A stretch of DNA of 64,000 nt from assembly GCA_002310055.1 (NCBI GenBank), contig DBXS01000031.1, positions 93,572 to 157,571 on the forward strand, written 5' to 3'. The notes under the pieces are model-generated. The model did no database searches, was not told the DNA's origin, and saw only the letters and a program-made list of their open reading frames with translations. This document shows positions 55,975 to 64,000 of the stretch, piece after piece. A program made the translations under genes and the position numbers. Origin of the DNA: Clostridiales bacterium UBA1206 (GTDB taxonomy: Bacteria > Bacillota > Clostridia > Oscillospirales > CAG-382). Numbering within the stretch: the first letter of the stretch is position 1; each line of letters begins with the position of its first letter.

Positions 55975-56922
55975 TCAGCCGAGCAATTCTTCTTTGAGAT
56001 AGGCGCGGGTAAATGCTCTGCCTCTAATATCGTGACATTCGAAGCGGACGTATTTCCAGTCGTAATTGAAATTTATATCGAACACGGCGCTCGTGATATC
56101 GTCGGCAAACGAGCGGACGGGGCGCGAAGCGCGCGATTCGGTGCGCAGTACGACGGCGCTGCACGGCGAGCATTCGAGATACACTTTGCCGTCTTCGTAA
56201 TAAAGCGAGTTTATCACGGGGCCGGTGGAAGCGTACATATCGCCGTTCTTCACCGCTTTGAAGAATTCGCCGTATTCGAGTTTGGGCATACAGATCATAT
56301 CGAAACCGCCGAACGAATCGTTATAAGGCGATTCGAGCGACTTACACGCGTTGTGGTTGTCGTCGGTGGCGGAAGGGCAGGGATACTTGCCGGCTATGAG
56401 GATCTGCTCGTATTCCCTGTCGCCGTAGCCGTTGAACATCTCTTTTTCGCAGCCGGTGTTGAAGACTTCGAACAGGTCGAGCCCTTCGAGCCCGATATAA
56501 TCGGTGCTGGACTGCAGCGACCAGCGCGGATGGTTGTACTGCGAAAGAAAGCCGGCTTCGTGCGCGCGGCGGATCATATCGTTTGCGACGTCGACGTCGT
56601 AGGCGCGCTCGACGGGGATGAATTCGGTGCGCGTCTCGTCCGCCGAAAAGAAGTTGAGATGGTAGGTGCGCGCGTTGAGCCAGCTGCCTTCGAAACGCTC
56701 GGTCATATCGATCTCAAGCGAGGTGATGGGCAGGAAGCGTTCGTCTTTGAGCTCGACGTGCGGCACGAGTTTGTTGTGGTCGCTGAACGCGACTATGGAA
56801 TACCCGTGCGCGAGATAATTTTCCTTATGCTGTTCCACGGTGAAGCGTCCGTCGGAAAACGTGGAATGGCAATGCAGGTTCGCTTTGTACTGGACAGTGT
56901 CGGGAAGCAGATACTTTTTCAT
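55975..56922 (-). CDS. PHP-domain metal-dependent phosphoesterase
   Basis: 315 aa from the ATG at 56922. 'ANLHCHSTFSDG', 'IVAFSDHN' and 'SATDDNHN' are PHP motifs. Confidence 0.75.
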   Translation of the reverse strand: MKKYLLPDTVQYKANLHCHSTFSDGRFTVEQHKENYLAHGYSIVAFSDHNKLVPHVELKDERFLPITSLEIDMTERFEGSWLNARTYHLNFFSADETRTEFIPVERAYDVDVANDMIRRAHEAGFLSQYNHPRWSLQSSTDYIGLEGLDLFEVFNTGCEKEMFNGYGDREYEQILIAGKYPCPSATDDNHNACKSLESPYNDSFGGFDMICMPKLEYGEFFKAVKNGDMYASTGPVINSLYYEDGKVYLECSPCSAVVLRTESRASRPVRSFADDITSAVFDINFNYDWKYVRFECHDIRGRAFTRAYLKEELLG

Positions 56923-57035
56923 TTCCGTTTTTGCCTTTCGGCCGTATTTACGGCGTTTTTTGTAAATTAATAAAAAATTAAACAAATCAACATTATATAT
57001 TATACCTTTTTGGCGGCGTTTGTCAAGAGGGACTC

Positions 57036-57064
57036 TTGACTGAAAGCAAGATTTTGTTTATAAT
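57036..57064 (+). promoter_or_regulatory. sigma-70 promoter for the adenylation-carrier gene
   Basis: TTGACT (57036-57041), a 17-nt spacer, then TATAAT (57059-57064). Confidence 0.6.
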
Positions 57065-57126
57065 ATCAGCATGGCGCGCGGCAATTACCGCCGCCGTGAT
57101 ATTTTACTTTGACAAGGAGACATCCA

Positions 57127-59130
57127 ATGAAACTTACCTGGAAAGAAAAATGCGATATCCTGGCTCAGGATATGTGTATGCGTCATCTTTTCGACACCCT
57201 TTGTCTTATGGATCAGGAATTCGCCGTATGGCTCGAAGACGGCGAAGTAAAGACATATGATTACAAATATCTTAAATCACACGCGCTCGCATGCGCCGAA
57301 AATATAGAAAAGATAGGTCTGGGCGAACCCGGCGGCTGGACCGGGATCGCGGTGGACACCTGCAAGGAATGGCCGATATTCTTCTGGGGGCTGCTCGCCG
57401 CCGGGAGGAACGCGCTGCTTCTGGATCCGTCGCTCGACGACGCCGGAATAGCTCATCTTATGAAACAGGCCGGCGCCAAATCGCTCATCACGCGCCGCAA
57501 ACGCGAACTCGACATACAGCAGATCGCTCCTGAAGAAGCGCTCGGTGCCGCCGACGCACCAAGCGAGGGTTACGAGCCGCACTGGGCGGATCTCATAGCC
57601 GCCTGCACCTCCGGCACCACAAGCACTTCGCGCGTGTACGTTTACAACGGCGAGGCGGTATGCCGTCAGATAATCGGCTTTGCGCAGCACGAAAAATACC
57701 CCTGCCTCACCTCCGAAGAATTCGGACCGCTGAGAGTCGTGGCGTTCCTGCCCTTCAACCATATATTCGGGCTCATCGCCAACCTTATCACCATGCCGTT
57801 CCAGAACCAGTCGCAGATATTCCTTAAAGACCGCGCGCCGCAGACCATACTCGAGACAGCGCGCAAATGCGACGCCAAAGTCATACTCACCGTTCCCCTG
57901 CTAGTCAATTCCATTTCCTCCACCATAAAAAAGCGAGTATCGCAGCAGTCGGCGTTCAAGCGCGGCGCTTTCAAGGTGATGCAGAGCATTTCGCTCACAT
58001 GCCAGCGCATCAACCCGCTTTGGGGGCTGAAGGTAGGCAAAAAGCTTTTCAAATCGGTCAACAAGAACCTGTTCGGCGACCAATTCATGGAATTCGTCGT
58101 GGGCGGCGCGCACACTCCCGAAGAGCATCTGCGCACCGTGAACTCGCTGGGCTACGCCGTGACCGTGGGGTTCGGCATGACCGAGACCGCCATAACTTCC
58201 TACGAAAACAAGATCGATCTCAAGACCCGCCTTTCGGGCAGCGTGGGACTTCCCCTCCCCATAACCGAATACAAGGTCCGCCCCGACGGGAACGATCCCA
58301 GACACGGCGAACTGCTCATCCGCTGCAACGCCATGCACATAGGCCGTATGGATAACGGCGTGATGGTGCCGCCCGTGGTCGACGAGGACGGCTATTTCGC
58401 CACAGGCGACGTGGTCCGCATAGGCGATAAGGGCAGGATGTGGATCGAAGGCCGCATAAAGGACGTCATCATAGGCGAATCCGGCGAAAACGTCTACCCC
58501 GACGAGATAGAAGACACCTTCGCGGGGATGGAGGGCGTGGAACAGCTGGCGGTGTTCTGCACAAAGCCCGGCGAGACCGAGCTTGTGACCGCAATGTTCA
58601 ACGTCGGCGACAAATATAACGACAAAGAATACATAGCTTCGCTCGTCGCGGAGGTCGACAAACGCAACAAGACTCTGCAGCCGCTCAAACGGCTCAAGGC
58701 GGCGTACATCACTTCCAATGCGCTGCCCGTGGTGAGCTCGATCAAGATCAAGCGCGCCGCATTGCGCGAAGGCATAGAAAAAGGCACTTTCGCCTGCAAA
58801 CGCATAGCGCTGGGCGGGGTCGAATACAACGAAGAGATCAAGCCCGCCGGCGAAGCCGCGTCCGTGCCGGAAGGCGAGGATCTGGAAGAACTCAAGGCAA
58901 AGATAAAAACCTGCTTTGCCAAAGAGTTGGAGATCGACGAATCGCTCATAAAAGACGATTCCACGTTTGCCGACGAGCTGGGCGGCGACAGTCTGCACCG
59001 CCTGGGCGCTCTGCTCAGGGTGGAAGAGGAATTCGGCGTGAAGATACCCGAAAACGCATACGAATACTGCACCACCGTGAACGATCTCGCCGCGCTTATC
59101 AAAGACCTGCGCGAAAAGAAAGCGCGGTAA
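57127..59130 (+). CDS. AMP-dependent synthetase/ligase fused to a C-terminal phosphopantetheine carrier domain (A-T didomain)
   Basis: 667 aa from the ATG at 57127, 7 nt after AAGGAGA. ANL cores present are 'CTSGTTSTSRV' (A3), 'GFGMTET' (A5), 'GDVVRIGDKGRMWIEGRIKDVI' (A7/A8) and 'SSIKIKRAAL' (A10 Lys). The carrier motif is 'ELGGDSLHRLGALL' (Ser622, nt 58990). Confidence 0.85.
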   Translation: MKLTWKEKCDILAQDMCMRHLFDTLCLMDQEFAVWLEDGEVKTYDYKYLKSHALACAENIEKIGLGEPGGWTGIAVDTCKEWPIFFWGLLAAGRNALLLDPSLDDAGIAHLMKQAGAKSLITRRKRELDIQQIAPEEALGAADAPSEGYEPHWADLIAACTSGTTSTSRVYVYNGEAVCRQIIGFAQHEKYPCLTSEEFGPLRVVAFLPFNHIFGLIANLITMPFQNQSQIFLKDRAPQTILETARKCDAKVILTVPLLVNSISSTIKKRVSQQSAFKRGAFKVMQSISLTCQRINPLWGLKVGKKLFKSVNKNLFGDQFMEFVVGGAHTPEEHLRTVNSLGYAVTVGFGMTETAITSYENKIDLKTRLSGSVGLPLPITEYKVRPDGNDPRHGELLIRCNAMHIGRMDNGVMVPPVVDEDGYFATGDVVRIGDKGRMWIEGRIKDVIIGESGENVYPDEIEDTFAGMEGVEQLAVFCTKPGETELVTAMFNVGDKYNDKEYIASLVAEVDKRNKTLQPLKRLKAAYITSNALPVVSSIKIKRAALREGIEKGTFACKRIALGGVEYNEEIKPAGEAASVPEGEDLEELKAKIKTCFAKELEIDESLIKDDSTFADELGGDSLHRLGALLRVEEEFGVKIPENAYEYCTTVNDLAALIKDLREKKAR

Positions 59131-59140
59131 AAAAAAGAAG

Positions 59141-59170
59141 ACCGGCAGCCGAAAAGCTGCCGGTTTTTTT
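59141..59170. terminator. bidirectional intrinsic terminator
   Basis: A 9-bp stem accggcagc / gctgccggt with a 6-nt loop, followed by ttttttt and preceded by aaaaaaaa. Confidence 0.8.
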
Positions 59171-59180
59171 ATGCGGTTTT

Positions 59181-59966
59181 TCAAGTAAGCGGGTATTCCG
59201 ACGGGAACAGCACGTGGCGGAGCAGATACACCGCGTCGTCGCTGGTGACGAAACCGTCGCCGGTGAAATCGGCGGTGGCGACGGGGTCTTCGATATTATA
59301 AGACGCGGGGAACAGCACGTAGCGGAGCAGATACACCGCGTCGCCGCTGTCCACGTCGCCGTCGCGGTCGACGTCGCCGCGCTGATACTGCGCGCCGGCT
59401 GTGACGGTGACGGTCACGCCCGTGCCGGCGTAAAGCTGGGAAACTTCGATATCGGCGTTAAGGCCGTAACGGACGTCGAACACCTCGAAAACGTGCGGCG
59501 CAGTAAGGTCCGAGCCGGGGGTCTGCAGATACGGTATGGTGACGCTTTGCCCCGAGGCGAACAGGTTGCGCTTTTGCCCCGTGCCTTTGAGGATACTTTC
59601 CACGGTGACCCAGTCAATATAGCAGAATTCCACCACGCCGGGCGTGGTTGAAACGAGGATGAGCTGATCTTCGATAGCCGCCGGGAAGTTCGACGCCACG
59701 GGCGTGACGATATAGCCCGAACCCGTGGGGATGGAGAACGCCGAAGTGTCGTACCTGAGCTTGAAACGGACGCAGGTGATGTAGTTATCTACTTCTACGG
59801 CGGGCACGGATTCCAGCGTGAGTTTGAGACCGCCGCCGGCGCCTTCTACAAATTCAAATCCCACGGAAAGTCCGCTCTGCTCCGCGGCAAAGACCGAACC
59901 GAGCGCCAGCAGCGCCACGATGACGAAAGCCGCAGCGGCGGCAGCCGCCCTTTTGAATAATGCCAT
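59181..59966 (-). CDS. small secreted protein with a cohesin-like N-terminal module and a C-terminal dockerin
   Basis: 261 aa from the ATG at 59966. Signal 'MALFKRAAAAAAAFVIVALLALGSVFA'. 'LKLTLESVPAVEVDNYITCVRFKLRYDTSAFSI' resembles the cohesin 'fkisYD...' strand pattern (tentative). Dockerin 'GDVDRDGDVDSGDAVYLLRYVLFP...ADFTGDGFVTSDDAVYLLRHVLFP'. Confidence 0.6.
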   Translation of the reverse strand: MALFKRAAAAAAAFVIVALLALGSVFAAEQSGLSVGFEFVEGAGGGLKLTLESVPAVEVDNYITCVRFKLRYDTSAFSIPTGSGYIVTPVASNFPAAIEDQLILVSTTPGVVEFCYIDWVTVESILKGTGQKRNLFASGQSVTIPYLQTPGSDLTAPHVFEVFDVRYGLNADIEVSQLYAGTGVTVTVTAGAQYQRGDVDRDGDVDSGDAVYLLRYVLFPASYNIEDPVATADFTGDGFVTSDDAVYLLRHVLFPSEYPLT

Positions 59967-60240
59967 ATCCGTCCCCCTTTCCGCAAAGCAGAGCTTTTCA
60001 AAAATCAGTATAATGATTATACCATCTGCCGCGGGGTTTGTCAATAGACAAGATACCCGTTGAGACATCTTTGAGCGAAAAACCGCTTTTATGCTTGAAA
60101 TATGGCGAAAATCTATATATTTTGCTATTGCTTTTTTTATTGCTTTGCTGTATTATTATGTACAATAGTATAAGAATGCCGTTTTTTACCGGCCGACTGT
60201 CGCCGGCGCCGCTTACGGCGCGCGCGACGTGATTAGTTTT

Positions 60241-62520
60241 ATGATAGCCTTAAAGAAATTCTCCCCTTCCGTTGTCGCCTTTTTCGGCGAAAAAGGCATT
60301 GCCGCTGACGAATGTCTTATGAGCTGCGAAAGCGACCTGGGGACCGACGGCGTGAGCAAAAACGTATACGCCGTAATCACAAAAGAAAAAATAGCAGTCG
60401 CCGAAGGCTTTATAGGTTTTGAAGGCAAAGCCAAGGCGAGCGCGAGGACCGAGATATTCACCTGCACCGCGTACCGAGAATTTCTGCTTGAAAAGTGCGA
60501 GGACGTAAGAGTAGAGCTATTCATTTCGGGCGGGCGCGCGGTCTGCGAATACGAAGGCGAGACCGCCGAGATCGCCCGCTTCACCTTCTCCTGCCGCCAC
60601 GACGTCAATATCCTTTGCGATATCGCCAATCAGCTCAAAAAGGACGGCAAGATAGACGAAGAAAAGCTTAAGCACGAAAACGAGGACGAGCATTTTTGCC
60701 CCAAGTGCCACCGCAGATATCCCGACCAGGACCGCAAGATCTGCCCCAAGTGTATGGAAAAGGCCAAGCTCGTAAAGCGCTTGCTCAAGATGTTCGTGAG
60801 GTATAAGTATTACATTATGCTCATACTGCTCACGTTCGCGCTCGTCGCGGGGCTCAGGGTCATAACGCCATACGTTTCGAACAAGATGTTCATAAGCGAC
60901 GTGCTCACCCCGGGCGGAAGCATGTACGGCGAAATAGGCAAGATACTGCTTATGATAGTGGGCGTGCGGCTTATATCGCTGCTCATTTCCATAGTGAACG
61001 GCATCATTTCGGCAAAAGTCGCCGCGGACGTGGTGTACGACTTAAAAAAGACCATATTCAACACCATAGGCGGCCTTTCGATGCGGTTCTTTTCCAACCG
61101 TCAGACCGGCGGACTTATGACGCAGATCAACTCCGACGCCACCGAGATCTACTGGTTCTTCTGCGACGGGTTCCCCTACCTGCTCACCAACATGGTACAG
61201 CTCCTGGTGGTGCTCGCCGTGATGCTGACGATGGATCCGCTGCTCACGCTTTTCACATTCATAACCATACCCGTGTTCTTTTTCACTTTCAAGATCACGT
61301 TCACCCTGTTCGAAAAGCTGCACGCAAGGGCGTATTCCAAGCGCCGCGCATACAATTCGCTCATCTCCGACGTGCTCAACGGTATGAGAGTGGTAAAATC
61401 CTTCTCACGCGAGGAGGAAGAGATGGGGCGTTTTCAGAAACGTTCCAAGGCGCAGGCAGACGCGCAGGAAAAGATAGGCGTCACCGCCAGCAAGACTTTC
61501 CGCACCATCGGCTTTATAATGAAGCTGGGTTCGTTCGTGGTCTGGGGTGTGGGCGGCTGGCAGATAATCCAGCATACCGGCGGTATGGACTACGGCAGGC
61601 TCGCCACTTTCGTGGCGTACGTGGCGATGATATACGACCCGCTCGATTTCTTCGCCGACATTTCCAACTGGTGGTCCGAATGCCTAAACGCGCTGCAGCG
61701 TCTGTTTGAGATAAACGATTCCATACCCGAGATAAAAGAAGCCGAAAATCCCGTAGACGCCGACGTGAAGGGCGACGTGGAGTTCGACGACGTGGTGTTT
61801 TCGTACGAGGAAAACCGCACGGTCATCGACCACGTTTCGTTCAAGGTGCCCGCGGGTTCGACGCTGGGCATAGTGGGTCACACCGGCGCCGGAAAATCCA
61901 CGCTTGCCAACCTGCTCACGCGGCTGTACGACCCCAACGAGGGCAGCATAAAGATCGACGGCGTGAATCTGAAGGATTATTCGTTCGACACGCTGCGTCG
62001 TTCCGTAGCCATAGTATCGCAGGAAACTTATCTGTTCCGCGGCACCATAATGGAAAACATCCGCTACGCGCGGCCCGACGCCACCAACGAAGAGATAATC
62101 AACGCGGCGAAGATCGCTTCGGCGCACGAATTCATAATAAAATATCCCGACGCGTACGAGACCGTGATAGGTTTCGGCGGCAAGGAGCTTTCAGGCGGCG
62201 AAAAGCAGCGTGTTTCGATAGCGCGCGCGGTGCTGAAAAACCCCGCCATACTCATACTCGACGAAGCGACCGCCGCGATGGACACGCAGACCGAGCGTTC
62301 GATTCAGGAAGCGCTTGAGAAGCTGACCAAGGACCGCACGACGATAATCATAGCGCACCGGCTTTCGACGTTACGCGAAGCGGACAAGCTCATAGTGCTT
62401 GACAAAGGAAAAATGCCCGAGGAAGGCACGGCGCAGGAGCTTTTGAAGAAGAAGGGCAAGTATTACGAGCTGTACAAAATGCAGCTCGAGGCCCTTAAGA
62501 CCATAGGTATTGAGGAATAA
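60241..62520 (+). CDS. ABC exporter half-transporter (TMD-NBD) with a cytoplasmic N-terminal module of about 190 aa ending in a zinc ribbon
   Basis: 759 aa from ATG 60241 (GTG 60229 is also possible). Zinc ribbon 'CPKCHRRYPDQDRKICPKC' (nt 60697-60753). A six-TM ABC_membrane domain, Walker A 'GHTGAGKST', signature 'LSGGEKQR', Walker B 'ILILDEAT' and H-loop 'IIAHRLST'. Confidence 0.9.
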   Translation: MIALKKFSPSVVAFFGEKGIAADECLMSCESDLGTDGVSKNVYAVITKEKIAVAEGFIGFEGKAKASARTEIFTCTAYREFLLEKCEDVRVELFISGGRAVCEYEGETAEIARFTFSCRHDVNILCDIANQLKKDGKIDEEKLKHENEDEHFCPKCHRRYPDQDRKICPKCMEKAKLVKRLLKMFVRYKYYIMLILLTFALVAGLRVITPYVSNKMFISDVLTPGGSMYGEIGKILLMIVGVRLISLLISIVNGIISAKVAADVVYDLKKTIFNTIGGLSMRFFSNRQTGGLMTQINSDATEIYWFFCDGFPYLLTNMVQLLVVLAVMLTMDPLLTLFTFITIPVFFFTFKITFTLFEKLHARAYSKRRAYNSLISDVLNGMRVVKSFSREEEEMGRFQKRSKAQADAQEKIGVTASKTFRTIGFIMKLGSFVVWGVGGWQIIQHTGGMDYGRLATFVAYVAMIYDPLDFFADISNWWSECLNALQRLFEINDSIPEIKEAENPVDADVKGDVEFDDVVFSYEENRTVIDHVSFKVPAGSTLGIVGHTGAGKSTLANLLTRLYDPNEGSIKIDGVNLKDYSFDTLRRSVAIVSQETYLFRGTIMENIRYARPDATNEEIINAAKIASAHEFIIKYPDAYETVIGFGGKELSGGEKQRVSIARAVLKNPAILILDEATAAMDTQTERSIQEALEKLTKDRTTIIIAHRLSTLREADKLIVLDKGKMPEEGTAQELLKKKGKYYELYKMQLEALKTIGIEE

Positions 62521-62525
62521 GCGAT

Positions 62526-63098
62526 ATGGAACACAAGAACGATTTTTTGAATATTGTAAAGATCGAATACCTTACCCCCGAAAACGCGAAGTTTTCCGAG
62601 ACCGCCAACGGGTTCCCCAGACTGGAGGCGTTCATACCCAAGGTGAAAAAGGACGACCTTGAAGAAAACTCCGGCGACGATACGCCCGTGTGGCAGGATC
62701 TGGGCAGGGTGTTCTTCCACCGCGCGTTCCCCTACGACAGCGCCGAAAATTTCATTTCGGTCACCGATAAGGAAGGCAACGAATACGGGCTGATACGCTC
62801 GCTTTCGGAATTCGACGGCGCGGGGCGCGAGATCATAGAGCGCGAGCTCAAACGCAAATACTACACTCCGGTCATAACAAAAATAAAATCCGTCAAAGAG
62901 CGGTTCGGGTATTCCTACTGGGAGGTCGAGACCGAAAGCGGGAGCGCCTCGTTCGCCATGCACGACACGTTCCGCAACACCGCGAAGATATCCGAAGAGC
63001 GCGTTGTGCTCACCGACGTCGACGGGAACAGATACGAAATAAAGGACGTTTTTGCGCTCGACCGCAAAAGCTACCGCAAGATAGAGCTTTATCTCTGA
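62526..63098 (+). CDS. DUF1854-like protein
   Basis: 190 aa. It lies 5 nt after the upstream ABC gene and 10 nt before the next. The C-terminal 'DVDGNRYEIKDVFALDRKSYRKIELYL' and central 'ISVTDKEGNEYGLIRSLSEFD' resemble DUF1854 as I remember it. Confidence 0.6.
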   Translation: MEHKNDFLNIVKIEYLTPENAKFSETANGFPRLEAFIPKVKKDDLEENSGDDTPVWQDLGRVFFHRAFPYDSAENFISVTDKEGNEYGLIRSLSEFDGAGREIIERELKRKYYTPVITKIKSVKERFGYSYWEVETESGSASFAMHDTFRNTAKISEERVVLTDVDGNRYEIKDVFALDRKSYRKIELYL

Positions 63099-63108
63099 AG
63101 GAATTCAT

Positions 63109-64000
63109 ATGTTACCGAGATTAAAGATCGATACTCATTATTACGACGACGCCATACGCCGCGCGGCCGAAGCGTTCGGCGCCGAGCCGCTGTTCGGGTT
63201 CAGGTTCGACCTGGACCGCGACAACGTCCCCTGCGCGGGGTACGGGTACGCAAACGCCGAAAAGGTGTGCGTATGCCGCGGCGAAGACGTCTTCACCGCC
63301 GAAACGGCGCGGATGGACGACATCGAATACGTACAGTATATCGGCTGCGCCGCGATAGAATACACGTTCGACGGCGAAAGGTACGAGCTTTGCAGGTCGG
63401 ATATGAAAAACGCCGTGGCGCTGCAGAACACCGTGAAGCGCCTGCGTTCGCTGCGCGAGGGCAAGGATATAGGTCATATAAGCGAAAACGAGGACGAGAC
63501 CGCCTGCCCGGTGTGCGGGACTCCGTACCGCGCGGGCTCTAAGATATGCCCCAACTGCGCCGACCGCAAAAAGCTGCTCACGCGGCTGCTCCCCGTGGCG
63601 AAGCCGCACGCGGTCCCTCTGCTGATAAGTCTGGTGCTGTATTTCGCGGGGGTCGGCTTAAGCATTTACAACGGTATGATCAACCGCACGCTGGTCGACG
63701 ACTATCTGCACACCGACACGCCGAAACAGGAAGGTTTCTGGTGGGTGATAGCCGTGATGGTGGGAGTGGCGCTGTTTTCGGCGCTGCTGCCGATGGTGCG
63801 CGGCATTATATTTGCAAAAGTGGGCAACCGCATAACGGTCAAGCTGCGCCGTGACGTTTACGAAAAGGTCCAGGCGATGTCGCTTTCGGGCATCAGCCGC
63901 CGCACCGCGGGCGAGATAATCACCCGCGTCACCTCGGATACCGACGTGATGCGCGAATTCCTCGTTTCGATACTCCCCGACGTGCTGCGGATTTCGCTGA
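63109..64000 (+). CDS. second ABC exporter half-transporter with a paralogous N-terminal module and zinc ribbon (3' end outside the window)
   Basis: Translated by hand from the ATG at 63109, since it is not in the ORF track. The sequence reads 'MLPRLKIDTHYYDD...ISENEDETACPVCGTPYRAGSKICPNCADRKKLLTRLLPVAKPH', then TM1 'AVPLLISLVLYFAGVGL' and ABC_membrane-like 'RRTAGEIITRVTSDTDVMREF'. The frame is open to the window end. Confidence 0.8.
   Translation, partial: MLPRLKIDTHYYDDAIRRAAEAFGAEPLFGFRFDLDRDNVPCAGYGYANAEKVCVCRGEDVFTAETARMDDIEYVQYIGCAAIEYTFDGERYELCRSDMKNAVALQNTVKRLRSLREGKDIGHISENEDETACPVCGTPYRAGSKICPNCADRKKLLTRLLPVAKPHAVPLLISLVLYFAGVGLSIYNGMINRTLVDDYLHTDTPKQEGFWWVIAVMVGVALFSALLPMVRGIIFAKVGNRITVKLRRDVYEKVQAMSLSGISRRTAGEIITRVTSDTDVMREFLVSILPDVLRISL

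Noticed and set aside
56940-56965. Short hairpin gccgta-tt-tacggc followed by a T-run in the divergent region
   Set aside because: The stem is only 4-6 bp with a 2-4 nt loop, and the site lies upstream of both divergent genes, so it has no gene to terminate.
60038-60232. 64-aa hydrophobic ORF upstream of the ABC cassette
   Set aside because: It spans the AT-rich promoter zone, has no SD, and its hydrophobic run derives from T-rich promoter sequence. It is most likely not translated.

Overview
This 64 kb window looks like chromosomal DNA from a Gram-positive anaerobe of the Clostridia, probably a Ruminococcaceae/Oscillospiraceae-like organism. That placement is inferred from IreB, YqeG, an FtsK/SpoIIIE translocase, three dockerin-bearing secreted proteins, and spot GC counts of about 53-62% outside one island. 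I support about 55 protein genes, and found no rRNA, tRNA, CRISPR array, transposase or integrase.

Housekeeping genes make up most of the window:
- Information processing: sigA (3' end), pheS, pheT, prmA, ligA, an rRNA methyltransferase.
- Envelope and division: maf, uppP, ftsK, lgt, psd.
- Other: ireB, yqeG, cysE, iorAB.

Accessory and glycan-related genes are interleaved with these: GH27 alpha-galactosidase, a GH109-like oxidoreductase, DUF4434- and DUF4838-like proteins, three CBM32/discoidin modules and three dockerin proteins.

Five things deserve follow-up, in rough order of interest:
1. At the 3' end (60241-64000) there is a tight three-gene cassette. Two paralogous ABC half-exporters each carry an unusual cytoplasmic N-terminal module that ends in a conserved 'ENEDE-x2-CPxC-x10/11-CPxC' zinc ribbon, and a DUF1854-like gene sits between them.
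2. A two-gene AT-rich insertion (about 52549-54712) is bracketed by a perfect 29-bp direct repeat that is itself a terminator hairpin. It encodes a secreted beta-trefoil-like/metzincin fusion and a lipoprotein.
3. In an Opp-type ABC importer (29983-38373) every component is oversized. The OppD-like ATPase carries an insertion of about 365 aa between the Q-loop and the signature motif.
4. A stand-alone adenylation-carrier didomain protein (57127-59130) has no partner enzyme nearby.
5. A four-gene operon with overlapping reading frames joins a secreted CBM32/dockerin protein to cytoplasmic muropeptide-type enzymes.

The many long ORFs antisense to real genes are composition artefacts and were rejected. 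All homology statements come from motif recognition by eye, and no database search was run.
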